Part shown: one piece after another, positions 18,532 to 28,697 of the stretch
Position numbering within the stretch: position 1 is the first letter of the stretch
Layout of the letters: each line of letters opens with the position of its first letter
Origin: Bacteroidales bacterium
Lineage (GTDB): Bacteria > Bacteroidota > Bacteroidia > Bacteroidales > VadinHA17
Direction: 5' to 3'
NCBI GenBank assembly: GCA_049294075.1
Contig: JBAQCK010000170.1
Span: forward strand, 5,593-69,592
DNA length: 64,000 nt
Translations under genes and position numbers: made by a program
Notes under the pieces: model-generated
The model's database searches: none
What the model was told of the DNA's origin: nothing
What the model saw: the letters and a program-made list of their open reading frames with translations, nothing else

Positions 18532-18655
18532 CACCGTTAAAACCGAAAACATGTCCCTTATTTCGGGATTATGGTTTTCCCGGTTTTACAGGAAATTGCA
18601 GGGTTTATTAATGATCATCACCAGATAGGAGTATAAACTGGTCAAAAAGAATAAG

Positions 18656-21073
18656 ATGTTCGCGATATTCAGAAAGGAGACAACCGGATTTTTCAGCAGT
18701 CTTACAGGATACATAGTCATAATAGTCTTCCTGTTGATCAATTCACTGTTTATGTGGGTGCTGCCCGGAGAATGGAATATTCTCGACAGCGGCTATGCTG
18801 GTCTCGATACCCTGTTCCTGCTGTCACCCTGGATCTTTTTATTCCTTGTCCCTGCTGTCACCATGAAGATGATTGCAGAGGAGAAGAGGCAGGGAACTAT
18901 GGAACTGCTGTATTCAAAACCAGTGACCGAGCGCGGAATAGTTTACGGTAAGTATCTTGCTGCAGTTGCACTGGTTCTGCTGGCCCTGGTGCCGGGAGTT
19001 ATTTATTATGTCTCGGTTCATCTCCTTGGCGAATCACCCGGAAACCTCGATAAGGGAGGAACCATTGGAGCATTTATCGGATTGTTCTTTCTGGCTGCCG
19101 TTTATGCATCGGCGGGCCTTTTTGCATCATCGCTTACTGAAAACCAGGTTGTTGCCTTTATTGTTGCTGTGCTGATCTCGCTGTTCCTTTTCATGGGCTT
19201 CGACGCCTTTGCCTACCTGCCGGGCATGAGGAATATCGATGAACTGGTTATCGGACTCGGTATCAATGAGCACTACAAATCGATGAGCAGGGGAGTGATA
19301 GACCTGAGGGATATTGTTTATTTCATCGCCCTGGTTATCCTGTTTAATGAGGCAACACGTATCGTCCTTCTGTCGAGAAATCATGAGAAACGCAACTGGT
19401 TCCGTTTCGGGATTACCGTAGCCGTAGTAATAATTGCAGTCATGGCAGTTTCATTTCTGAGACTAAGGGCCGATCTGACAGAAGACAGGCGCTACACTCT
19501 CTCCGAACCGACAAGGAAGGTCCTTTCAGAAATAAAGAATGACATCTTTGTTCAGGTCTACCTCGACGGTGAAATGCCTATCCCCTTTAAACGGCTGAAA
19601 AGGTCTGTGAGTGAAATGCTGGATGAGTTCAGAATATTCTCGGGCAGGAAAGTTGATTACGATTTCATCAACCCTTCGGAAAGCAATGACAAGGAGCTTA
19701 GGGATGCCCTTTACCAGTCGCTGCTTGAAAAGGGACTTAATCCGGTGAATATTCAGGATAGTGACCCGGAGGGAGGATCAAGCCAGAAAATCATTTTTCC
19801 CGGGATGATCGTCAACTACAACGGCATCGAGGTGCCAGTCAATTTTCTGAAGAACAATCCAGCCATGACAGCTGAGGAAAATCTTCTTCATTCTGCGGAA
19901 GGTCTTGAATATGAGCTGATACAGCCTATAGCCACACTCAGCTCCGACACCATTTACAAAGTGGCCTTCATCGAAGGTCATGATGAAATTCCGGAGGCTG
20001 GAGTGGCAGATATCATATTCCATATGGCGCGGTTTTTCACCGTCGACAGGGGTGTTATAGGCGGAACCCCCGGCATCCTTGATAAATATTCAGCAATAGT
20101 GATTGCCGGACCACAGAAGGAATTCAATGAAAACGACAAATTCGTACTCGATCAGTATATTATGAACGGGGGAAAGGTGCTCTGGCTCCTGGAGGAGGTG
20201 AATGTTTATGCCGACAGCCTTGTTACTGGCGAAACCGCCGCCATCTACAGACCGTTGAATCTTGAGGACCAATTATTCAGATATGGAGTAAGGGTAAATG
20301 CACAGATAGTACAGGATATCGAGTGTGCCCAGATCAGGCTTATACTTTCGAGCGGAGGTGTGCGGCAGCAGCCGGTTTCAGTTCCATGGCTCTATTTCCC
20401 TCTGCTCACTCCATACCCCGATCATCCGGTAACAAGGAACATAAACAGGGTAAAGGGAGAATTTTCCAACTACATAGATACCGTGGGACTGGATGGAAAT
20501 ATAAGGAAAAGTATCCTGCTTTCGACCTCCGGGCTCACCCGGACCCTGGCGCCTCCCTTTTTCATAAGCCTCAGGGAAGCCGAGATGGTTCCTGAGGAAA
20601 GTTCCTTCAACAGGTCGGATTTGCCGGTGGCAGTACTGCTCGAAGGGGTGTTCCCGTCAGCTTTCAGGAACAGGCTTACCGACAATCTGGTAAAAGATGC
20701 AGGGATCAGGGTAAGGAAAGAAAGCGTTCCGACGAAAATGATTGTTGTTGCTGATGGCGATATAATAAGAAACGAGGTGAGAAGAACCGGCACTGTTGAA
20801 ACACCTCTGCCCCTGGGTCAGGACAGGTACACTCTTGAGATGTTCGGAAACAGGGACTTTATCCTCAACAGCCTCAATTACCTTGTCGACGACAACGGCA
20901 TCATGGAGCTGAGATCAAGGGAGCTTAAGCTGAGGCTGCTCGACGTTAATGAAGTAAAAAACAGGAGATTGTTCTGGCAGACCGTAAATATAGCCGGACC
21001 TGTGTTGCTTGTTCTCCTTGCCGGTTTACTTTTCGGATGGAGAAGAAGAATCAAGTATTCAAAATCCTTATGA
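18656..21073 (+). CDS. gldF-gldG: Gliding-motility ABC transporter permease GldF fused to GldG
   Basis: Residues 1 to about 240 match GldF (FSSLTGYIVIIVFLL, EEKRQGTMELL, NEHYKSMSRGVIDLRDIVYF). Residues from about 245 to 805 match GldG (TM helix, then RADLTEDRRYTLSEPT, and a C-terminal TM anchor). It is one continuous frame. Confidence 0.75.
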   Translation: MFAIFRKETTGFFSSLTGYIVIIVFLLINSLFMWVLPGEWNILDSGYAGLDTLFLLSPWIFLFLVPAVTMKMIAEEKRQGTMELLYSKPVTERGIVYGKYLAAVALVLLALVPGVIYYVSVHLLGESPGNLDKGGTIGAFIGLFFLAAVYASAGLFASSLTENQVVAFIVAVLISLFLFMGFDAFAYLPGMRNIDELVIGLGINEHYKSMSRGVIDLRDIVYFIALVILFNEATRIVLLSRNHEKRNWFRFGITVAVVIIAVMAVSFLRLRADLTEDRRYTLSEPTRKVLSEIKNDIFVQVYLDGEMPIPFKRLKRSVSEMLDEFRIFSGRKVDYDFINPSESNDKELRDALYQSLLEKGLNPVNIQDSDPEGGSSQKIIFPGMIVNYNGIEVPVNFLKNNPAMTAEENLLHSAEGLEYELIQPIATLSSDTIYKVAFIEGHDEIPEAGVADIIFHMARFFTVDRGVIGGTPGILDKYSAIVIAGPQKEFNENDKFVLDQYIMNGGKVLWLLEEVNVYADSLVTGETAAIYRPLNLEDQLFRYGVRVNAQIVQDIECAQIRLILSSGGVRQQPVSVPWLYFPLLTPYPDHPVTRNINRVKGEFSNYIDTVGLDGNIRKSILLSTSGLTRTLAPPFFISLREAEMVPEESSFNRSDLPVAVLLEGVFPSAFRNRLTDNLVKDAGIRVRKESVPTKMIVVADGDIIRNEVRRTGTVETPLPLGQDRYTLEMFGNRDFILNSLNYLVDDNGIMELRSRELKLRLLDVNEVKNRRLFWQTVNIAGPVLLVLLAGLLFGWRRRIKYSKSL

Positions 21074-22047
21074 TGAAGCGTAAGGCAGTTCTGTATATCC
21101 TTGGTGCGGCCGTCATTATTTTTCTGATGATCCTTCTTCTGAGGGACAGGAAACCATTTGGCGGCAGCAATACCTCTTTTGCAGTCAGACCGGATGACAG
21201 AATCACCCGGATTGAGTTTACATCGGGGAACAGTTCCCTGACCCTCAGGGAAGAGGGCGAAGAGTGGCTTGTAAACGGGAAACAGCCGGCCAGAAGAAGC
21301 AGTATTCTTTTCATCACAAGGATACTTACCGAAATGCAGATCAAATCACCCGTGTCGGATGAGCTGTTCAATTCCGGAATCACTGCCATGGGAATCGAGC
21401 CAGTGGCCGTTAAAGTCTACGAGAAGAACAAATTGCTTAGTTCCTTCCTTGTTTATAAGACAGCTTCAAACCAGTACGGAAACATAATGAAGCTTAAGCC
21501 CGGATCCAAACCATACATCGTTTCAGTTCCCGGCAGCGAGGCAGAGATCGGATCGGCATTCACCGTGAACGAACTATTCTGGCAGCCATATACAGTGTTC
21601 AGCCTGCAGCCTTCTGAGATCCATTCAGTTACCTTCGAGCATCTTTCTGACACATCATCTTCATTCATGATAAAATATTCAGGCGGCATTCCTTCACTTT
21701 TCGGGAACGACAGGGAACTGACAGGCTGGGATACCTCTCGTATTTTGAGGTATATTTCCTATTTCGCACAGGTTCCCTTTGAATCATGGGCTCCGCAACT
21801 GACTGAGGCGGAGAAGTCAGGCATATCGGGCGAACAGCCGTTGTACAGGATCACAGTGTTAAGCCCGGGAGGGGAGAGGAGCCTGATAAATCTTTGGAAA
21901 CGCACCATAACGGAACAGGATTCAGTAAGGGACGATACCGACAGGATGTGGGCACGGAAGCAAGGGGAAGAGGATTTTTTTATTGTTAAATATGCGGATA
22001 TCGATCCCATTATCAAAAAGCGCTCATATTTCCTCCCCGGACAATAA
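21070..22047 (+). CDS. Hypothetical membrane-anchored protein (DUF4340-like position downstream of gldG)
   Basis: Start set at the ATG at 21070, which overlaps the gldFG stop as ATGA. One N-terminal TM helix. The family call rests mainly on gene context. Confidence 0.4.
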   Translation: MMKRKAVLYILGAAVIIFLMILLLRDRKPFGGSNTSFAVRPDDRITRIEFTSGNSSLTLREEGEEWLVNGKQPARRSSILFITRILTEMQIKSPVSDELFNSGITAMGIEPVAVKVYEKNKLLSSFLVYKTASNQYGNIMKLKPGSKPYIVSVPGSEAEIGSAFTVNELFWQPYTVFSLQPSEIHSVTFEHLSDTSSSFMIKYSGGIPSLFGNDRELTGWDTSRILRYISYFAQVPFESWAPQLTEAEKSGISGEQPLYRITVLSPGGERSLINLWKRTITEQDSVRDDTDRMWARKQGEEDFFIVKYADIDPIIKKRSYFLPGQ

Positions 22048-22122
22048 TTTGTTTGAGGATAAATGTTTTTTTTGTAATATTGATAGTTGCGAATTTATAG
22101 AAGTAATTAAACCCATTATAAT

Positions 22123-23253
22123 ATGAAATTTGTTGTATCCAGCACAGAGTTACTAGGTCATTTGCAGGCCATAAGCAGGGTGATCAGTTCCAAAAACACC
22201 TTGCCGATCCTTGATAATTTTCTTTTTAATCTTTCAGGCAACGATCTTGAAATTACGGCATCAGATCTTGAATCGACCCTGATAACAAGGATGAAGCTCG
22301 AAAATGCCACGGGTGACGGTATCATAGCCCTTCCGGCAAGGATATTGCTCGACACTCTCAAGGAATTCTCGGTACAGCCGCTTTCATTCGACATCAACCT
22401 GGATACACTTGCCGTAGTTATAACTTCCGAAAACGGAAAATTCAATGTGGTAGGTCAGAACGGTATCGATTTCCCTGTACTGCCGGCTATCAGAAAAGAG
22501 AAAAAATTCTCATTTATAATCAATGCTGACGTTATGCTGGCCGGAATCAACAGGACGCTCTTTGCAACCGCCGACGATGAACTCAGACCGGTGATGGGAG
22601 GGATCTTTGTTGAAGCTTCAACCGATAAGGTTACCTTTGTGGCTTCGGATGCGCATAAACTGGTAAGGTATCAGCGCAGCGACACTCATGCCGACGATAA
22701 TTCATCCTTTATACTTCCCAAAAAACCGGCCTCGCTCCTCAGAAATATCCTGCCGAAGGAAGAGGGAGCAGTCACTGTTGAGTTCGATGATAAAAATGCT
22801 TTCTTCAACCTGAACGACTACAAGGTGGTCTGCAGGTTGGTGGAAGGCAATTATCCCAATTACAATTCGGTGATTCCCAGGAATAACCAGAGGAAGGTCA
22901 CGGTCGACCGTGTCGAGTTTTACAATACTCTGAGAAGGGTGTCCGTCTTTTCAAACCAGGCAAGCAATCTTGTCAAACTCCATCTTAAAGGCAACCAGAT
23001 GACGGTTTCGGCACAGGATATCGACTTTTCAATATCAGCTTACGAAAAGATCAATTGCCAGTATGAAGGAGAGGACCTTGAAATCGGATTCAAATCGGTG
23101 TTCCTCCTCGAAATTCTTTCCAATATGGCCTCTCAGGATGTCATGATTGAACTGGCTGATCCCACCAGGGCCGGCCTGTTTCTGCCCGGAGAATCTGAAA
23201 ATGAGTCGGAAGACCTTCTCATGCTTCTCATGCCAATGATGATAAACGCCTGA
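22123..23253 (+). CDS. dnaN: DNA polymerase III beta sliding clamp
   Basis: 376 aa. MKFVVSSTELLGHLQAISRVISSKNTLPILDNFLF and a C-terminal LLMPMMI are typical of DnaN. Confidence 0.95.
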   Translation: MKFVVSSTELLGHLQAISRVISSKNTLPILDNFLFNLSGNDLEITASDLESTLITRMKLENATGDGIIALPARILLDTLKEFSVQPLSFDINLDTLAVVITSENGKFNVVGQNGIDFPVLPAIRKEKKFSFIINADVMLAGINRTLFATADDELRPVMGGIFVEASTDKVTFVASDAHKLVRYQRSDTHADDNSSFILPKKPASLLRNILPKEEGAVTVEFDDKNAFFNLNDYKVVCRLVEGNYPNYNSVIPRNNQRKVTVDRVEFYNTLRRVSVFSNQASNLVKLHLKGNQMTVSAQDIDFSISAYEKINCQYEGEDLEIGFKSVFLLEILSNMASQDVMIELADPTRAGLFLPGESENESEDLLMLLMPMMINA

Positions 23254-23256
23254 CAA

Positions 23257-24033
23257 TTGAAACTTAACCTCCGCAGGCCCATAGCCTTTCTCGATCTTGA
23301 AACAACCGGCATTAACGTTTCCAGCGATCGTATTGTAGAAATCTCGGTTCTCAAGATAAATCCTGACGGAAGCGAGGAATGGCTGATCTCAAGGATAAAT
23401 CCGGAGATGCCCATACCTCCCAAATCAACCGCAATCCACGGAATAAAGGATGAAGATGTTGCTGACGCTCCGAAATTCAGGGAGATTGCAAAGAATCTGG
23501 CCGCCTTCCTCGAAGGAACTGATCTCGCGGGTTTCAATGCAATTAAGTTTGATATACCGGTTCTTGCAGAAGAGTTTCTGAGAGTGAATATTGACTTCAA
23601 TTTCCTCAAAAGGAAATATGTCGACGTACAGGTCATCTTTCACAGGAAGGAGCAGAGGACTCTTTCGGCAGCATACAAGTTCTATTGCGACAGGGAGCTT
23701 GAAAACGCTCACAGCTCGAAGGCCGATACGCAAGCCACTTACGAGGTTCTTAAGTCGCAGCTCGACAGGTACAGCGACCTTGAGAACGATGTGGAAAAAC
23801 TCGCCGACTTCAGCGCATACAATAACCTGGTCGATTTTGCAGGCCGCATAATTTATGATGAGAACGGGGTGGAAGTGTTTAATTTCGGAAAACACAAGGG
23901 GAAAACTGTGGAGACTGTTTTCAGGGACGATCCGTCATACTATTCCTGGATGATGAACGGCGATTTCCCGCTCTATACAAAGAAGATCCTCACTGAAATC
24001 AAACTAAGGTCATTCGGCAAAGGACAACTGTAA
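23257..24033 (+). CDS. DEDDh 3'-5' exonuclease (DnaQ/epsilon-like)
   Basis: 258 aa with a TTG start. ExoI motif FLDLETTG, Exo[14 protein letters not shown], ExoIII H..KADT. Confidence 0.8.
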   Translation: MKLNLRRPIAFLDLETTGINVSSDRIVEISVLKINPDGSEEWLISRINPEMPIPPKSTAIHGIKDEDVADAPKFREIAKNLAAFLEGTDLAGFNAIKFDIPVLAEEFLRVNIDFNFLKRKYVDVQVIFHRKEQRTLSAAYKFYCDRELENAHSSKADTQATYEVLKSQLDRYSDLENDVEKLADFSAYNNLVDFAGRIIYDENGVEVFNFGKHKGKTVETVFRDDPSYYSWMMNGDFPLYTKKILTEIKLRSFGKGQL

Positions 24034-24034
24034 A

Positions 24035-24346
24035 ATGAAAATTTTCTGTATCGGAATGAACTATCGCAGGCATGCCATCGAGACTGAAATTGACATATCA
24101 GCCGGCGACATCAGGAACCTGGATTTTCGCCTTGAGATAAATGACAAAATTGTACAGCAAGGCAATACATCCGACATGATATTCGGAATCGATGAGCTGA
24201 TTTCATACATTTCCCAATACTTCACCCTGAAAACGGGAGACCTTATTTTCACCGGGACACCTTCGGGTGTGGGACCTCTCAGGCGCAACGACCATCTGGT
24301 CGCCTGGATCGGGGATGAATCCCTCCTCGATTTTATGATCAAGTGA
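24035..24346 (+). pseudogene. Fumarylacetoacetate hydrolase (FAH) family protein remnant with an in-frame internal deletion
   Basis: [14 protein letters not shown] (family N-terminus) is joined to the C-terminal third ([49 protein letters not shown]). It is 103 aa against about 200 aa. The metal-binding core is absent. Confidence 0.6.
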
Positions 24347-24358
24347 CCTGATCGGCTT

Positions 24359-26575
24359 TTAATTGAACCAGTAAGACAATTTCACGACAAGGCCGCGGTT
24401 TTTTGACCTCAGGTCTCCGGCGTAAGGACTGCCAAAGCTGTTGTTGAGTATGTCGCCGGCCCAGGAGTTTTCCGTATACACAATGAACAGGTCTGACACA
24501 GGTGCAAACCTCCACTGGAAACGAAGGTTCAGGTTAAGGTTGTCGATCTGGTTGTTATACTGAATAAAACTGGTAAAGAACAGGTCATCGGTGAATGTGA
24601 AGTCGAATCTGGGACCAATCAGCAGTAGTCTGGCGCTGTTGTAAGGACCTGGCAGTTCTATGTCGTTGTAGGTTGTGACAAGAGCCAGGCTGCCATATGG
24701 CTGGACGCGGTAGTTCACCTCGCCGTTCAGGGTGAGCCGGTCCCCGTTGTAGTACCCTCCGTACCTGGCAGTGAGAGAGAAGTTGAACATCTTCCGGTTG
24801 TCCGATACGTAGGTGGCGCCTATTTCATTCCAGCTGAAATCCTCTCCTGCAGGCAGCTTAAGCCCTCCGGTATTGGTGGGATCGAACGGTTGAAGGAGTT
24901 TTATATAGTTCTCCTTTGCATCGACCGAAAAGGAACTCTTGTTCAGAAAGTCTATCCTGTACATAAGGTTTGTTTCCCTGTCGGTTAGCGAGAACGAGTT
25001 ATAGGGATCAAGGTAGGTGTCCAGTTTCAGGACAGGCCCGTGACTGATAATGCTTTTGCTTTCAGGAAAGAATTTGTACTGGAACGATCCGTTCAGCTGG
25101 TAATACCCCATCCTCCTTATGTATCCGGTCTCGGCATTGTATCCCGAACCTGTGAGAGCCTGGTTGAGGGATGCTGTTATGAATTGCGTGGAATGGGTTA
25201 TATTTGCAGCCATTGCCGCATCTTTCAATGTCAGGTTATCTACCAGATTCTGATGGTAATAAACCTTGCCATTCCACCTGTTGTCGGGTGTGGCAAGGTT
25301 ATATTCAAGTCCTGCCACCCTGTTATACTTGTTCCCGGTAAAGGTTTCGTCATCTTCGGTATTCATCACCTGCTTGTTTATAAAGAAGCCTGTGACGTTC
25401 GACCTGCTGAAAACCAGCCTCTGGAGGGCAGCCACCATGTAGTTGGCCGCGTGAACTTCATCATTTTTTCCAGTCTGGATGTCCATTATCCCTATCCTCC
25501 ACCTGTCTCCGAGATTTCCGCTCAGCCTTGCGCCGGCCAGAACCGGATTGTCGAGACCTATCCTTCTTGAAAAGAAAGGCCTTACCCTGTCGGTTCCGAG
25601 ACTTGCGAAAAGGTCGCTGTTCTCCAGATAAAACTGCCTCTTTTCGGGGAAGAAGAGCTCGTACCTGTCGAGGTTTGTCTGCTGTTTATCCACCTCCACC
25701 TGCGAATAATCTGGATTCAGTGTAAGATCGAGGTTGAGGGAGGTCGAGAGGATCATCTTGGCATCCAAACCTGCATTCCATTTCCATTTCGTGGCTTCCC
25801 CGGCTTCGAAGTCACGCGTGACCTTAGCTGTGGCATAAGGTATCAGCGAAAAGCGCAGTCCGGCCTTGTCCCTGGGTTCATCCCAGATAAGAGTTCCGAC
25901 AAATGGAAGTGAGCAGTGCGGAAACTGCCGGGGCATTGGAGCCCAGGCCGATTTCTCGTTATTCTTGAGATCGAGCCGTCCGAAATTAATCCCCCATTCC
26001 GTGTCCCCCTCGAAGTACCTTAAGCTCCTGAACGGGATACTGACCTCGGTAACCCACTTGTCGTCATAGCTCTTCACTTCCGACTTCCATTTAATGTCCC
26101 AGCTGTAATCTACCTTGGTGCCTTCATACTGCAATCCCTCAGTCTGTGCCCCTGCTGCCGATATTCCGAAAGCAAAGCCGTTTGTGAGGTCGTTGTACGT
26201 GTTCAGGAAAAACATGAAGTTGTCATTGTTTGAGAAACCGAAATCCCTTCGAAGCGATTCAACCGGCCTCTTTCCCGGAGTGGGATCATGGCAGATAATA
26301 CCGAGATAAAGATTTGACTTATCGTAAGTAAGCATAACATCGGTTCTTGCAATGGCAAAACCTGTGTCGGTAGGAGTTACACGCTGGAACTCCCTGGTTT
26401 TTTCCGCTACCGACCATGGTTCATCATCGAGAACTCCATCGATAATCAGCGGCTTGTCGGTTTTGTTGATTGAGATCCGATATTGATCGCGGTTGACTCC
26501 CCTGGTCTGGCTGAAGAGATACGCTTCTGAACAAAGCAATAGAAGAATAGTCGCTATTACAGTATATCGTGACAT
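24359..26575 (-). CDS. DUF5916/CBM9-like secreted outer-membrane-type protein
   Basis: 738 aa with a signal peptide. N-terminal IIDGVLDDEPW (CBM9-like) and a beta-rich body ending ...LVVKLSYWFN. Confidence 0.55.
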   Translation of the reverse strand: MSRYTVIATILLLLCSEAYLFSQTRGVNRDQYRISINKTDKPLIIDGVLDDEPWSVAEKTREFQRVTPTDTGFAIARTDVMLTYDKSNLYLGIICHDPTPGKRPVESLRRDFGFSNNDNFMFFLNTYNDLTNGFAFGISAAGAQTEGLQYEGTKVDYSWDIKWKSEVKSYDDKWVTEVSIPFRSLRYFEGDTEWGINFGRLDLKNNEKSAWAPMPRQFPHCSLPFVGTLIWDEPRDKAGLRFSLIPYATAKVTRDFEAGEATKWKWNAGLDAKMILSTSLNLDLTLNPDYSQVEVDKQQTNLDRYELFFPEKRQFYLENSDLFASLGTDRVRPFFSRRIGLDNPVLAGARLSGNLGDRWRIGIMDIQTGKNDEVHAANYMVAALQRLVFSRSNVTGFFINKQVMNTEDDETFTGNKYNRVAGLEYNLATPDNRWNGKVYYHQNLVDNLTLKDAAMAANITHSTQFITASLNQALTGSGYNAETGYIRRMGYYQLNGSFQYKFFPESKSIISHGPVLKLDTYLDPYNSFSLTDRETNLMYRIDFLNKSSFSVDAKENYIKLLQPFDPTNTGGLKLPAGEDFSWNEIGATYVSDNRKMFNFSLTARYGGYYNGDRLTLNGEVNYRVQPYGSLALVTTYNDIELPGPYNSARLLLIGPRFDFTFTDDLFFTSFIQYNNQIDNLNLNLRFQWRFAPVSDLFIVYTENSWAGDILNNSFGSPYAGDLRSKNRGLVVKLSYWFN

Positions 26576-26725
26576 CAGAAATTAAATTTTGGTGAAGATA
26601 AAGAATTGGTTTGTGAATATTAAATTCTATTTTTATGCAATTCCTGATCCAGTCTTGATTTTAGAGATTTTTCACATTTCGGAAACGCCGGTGAGGTGAT
26701 ATCATAGGATAGATAAATTATTGTT

Positions 26726-27460
26726 ATGAAGATTTATATTTCCAACGATGCAAATGAACTGGGCTCACATTCTGCAGAGGTGATTTCTGCGAAATTGAAT
26801 GAAATCATCAGCACTAAGGGTGAGGCAAGGATGGTGGTGGCAACGGGCAGTTCCCAGTTTGAAATGTTCAGGGAGCTGGTGATGCGCAATATCAACTGGC
26901 AAAAGGTTGAGGTGTTCCATCTGGACGAATATATCGGAATACCCGTTACTCACAAGGCAAGCTTCAGGAGGTACCTTTATGAGAGATTCATTAACCTGGT
27001 CCCGGTGAAACGCTTCCACAGCATCGATGTGGAAGGAAATATCGATAACCTGATAAGCGAACTTGCCGGTTCGATCCGGAATAAACCCGTCGATCTTGGT
27101 TTAATCGGCATAGGTGTCAACGGACATATTGCTTTCAACGACCCCCCTGCCGATTTCGATAACAGAGATGCCTATATAACGGTAAAGCTTAATAAGGAAT
27201 GCAAGCTACAGCAGGTTAGCGAAGGATGGTTCGGTTCGCCGGGGGAGGTCCCCGATATGGCTGTGTCGATGAGTGTGTGGCAGATAATGCAATGCAGGAC
27301 AATCATTTCAGTTGTGCCTCACAAGGAAAAGGCTGAAGCAGTCAGGCTTACACTTTCTGAAAGCGTCAGCAAAATGGTGCCTGCAACCATCCTTAAACAG
27401 CACCCCGACTGGCATCTGTTTCTCGACAGGGAATCCGCGGGAGGTATAATAAGGTTTTAA
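26726..27460 (+). CDS. nagB: Glucosamine-6-phosphate deaminase
   Basis: 244 aa. ATGSSQ, HLDEYIG and GIGVNGHIAFNDP motifs of the NagB/6-phosphogluconolactonase family. Confidence 0.8.
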   Translation: MKIYISNDANELGSHSAEVISAKLNEIISTKGEARMVVATGSSQFEMFRELVMRNINWQKVEVFHLDEYIGIPVTHKASFRRYLYERFINLVPVKRFHSIDVEGNIDNLISELAGSIRNKPVDLGLIGIGVNGHIAFNDPPADFDNRDAYITVKLNKECKLQQVSEGWFGSPGEVPDMAVSMSVWQIMQCRTIISVVPHKEKAEAVRLTLSESVSKMVPATILKQHPDWHLFLDRESAGGIIRF

Positions 27461-27518
27461 CCCGGGAACGGGCTTTCAAAGCCCGGGTGGAAAAATTCCG
27501 GATAAAAATTAACAATTG

Positions 27519-28685
27519 ATGAACAGGTCAGGAGAAGTCAGCGCTTTACATTACGATTCAGGTAAACCTGTAAGGATAAAATTCAGCGGGGGACTGATAA
27601 GCTCGATTGATGAAATTCCGATGTCGGACGAGCTTAATGATATTTTTGTTTCACCCGGACTTATCGACAACCAGGTAAACGGTTACAGGGGAGTGGATTT
27701 TTCCGATCCGGCCATCAGCAGTCTTAAGATCAGGATGGCTGTTGATGCCATAAGGAAGGATGGTGTTACTGCATTCTTTCCGACAGTTATCACAGGCAGC
27801 CATGACAATCTGGTGAGGGTTTTCCGAAATCTCGCCAGGGCATTGCAGGATGATGAAGAGGTAAGAACTTCTGTTGCGGGGTTTCACCTCGAAGGACCAT
27901 ATATATCGCCCGAGGCAGGTTTCTACGGCTGTCATCCTGCTGAATTCATCAGGAAACCTTCATGGGATGAGTTTATGCAATACCAGGATGCCGCAGCCGG
28001 AAATATCCGTCAGGTTACTGTCAGTCCGGAGATAGAAGGCGCCATGGATTTCATAAGCCGGTGTGTCAGGCAGGAAATCATGGTCTCCATCGGACATACA
28101 AATGCCAGTGCCGCGCAGATAATGGAAGCTGCTGACAGGGGCGCCAGGCTGTCGACTCATCTCGGAAACGGATGCGCGAACCTGATCGACAGGCACAGAA
28201 ACCCGATATGGCCACAACTGGCCAATGACCTGCTGACACCCTCAATAATTGCCGATGGTCATCATCTTCTTCCCGAAGAGGTCAGGGTTTTCTGCAAGGT
28301 GAAAGGGCCGGATAATATTATTATAACATCTGATGTAACCCACTTCATTGGAATGGAACCAGGCAACTATGTGTTCCTGGGGAGTGATATTGTCCTGTCA
28401 GCCGACGGACTTATCAAAAACCCGGTGCTTAACTGTCTGGCAGGGGCATCACTTCCCCTCAGAACAGGCGTGGGAAATGTGATAAGATTCACCGGGCACA
28501 CCCTGGGCCAGGCTGTAAACATGGCTTCAAGAAATGTTTCGGCGGCTTGCAGAATAACCGGCCGGGGCACACTTGAATCCGGAATGAGGGCTGACCTGAT
28601 CCTGTTCCAAATGGAAGATTTTAATATGTCAGTCAGGAAAGTTATTGTAAACGGCAGGGAGAATGCCCCGCGGCCGGAAATCTAA
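27519..28685 (+). CDS. nagA: N-acetylglucosamine-6-phosphate deacetylase
   Basis: GLIDNQVNGYRGVDF, GFHLEGPYIS, SIGHTNAS and THLGNG motifs. I prefer the ATG at 27519 over the TTG at 27516. Confidence 0.85.
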   Translation: MNRSGEVSALHYDSGKPVRIKFSGGLISSIDEIPMSDELNDIFVSPGLIDNQVNGYRGVDFSDPAISSLKIRMAVDAIRKDGVTAFFPTVITGSHDNLVRVFRNLARALQDDEEVRTSVAGFHLEGPYISPEAGFYGCHPAEFIRKPSWDEFMQYQDAAAGNIRQVTVSPEIEGAMDFISRCVRQEIMVSIGHTNASAAQIMEAADRGARLSTHLGNGCANLIDRHRNPIWPQLANDLLTPSIIADGHHLLPEEVRVFCKVKGPDNIIITSDVTHFIGMEPGNYVFLGSDIVLSADGLIKNPVLNCLAGASLPLRTGVGNVIRFTGHTLGQAVNMASRNVSAACRITGRGTLESGMRADLILFQMEDFNMSVRKVIVNGRENAPRPEI

Positions 28686-28697
28686 ACTACCGTTAAT

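Noticed and set aside
22048-22122. Possible replication origin upstream of dnaN
   Set aside because: There is only one imperfect DnaA-box-like sequence (tgaggataa), no cluster of boxes, no dnaA gene and only 75 bp of spacer.
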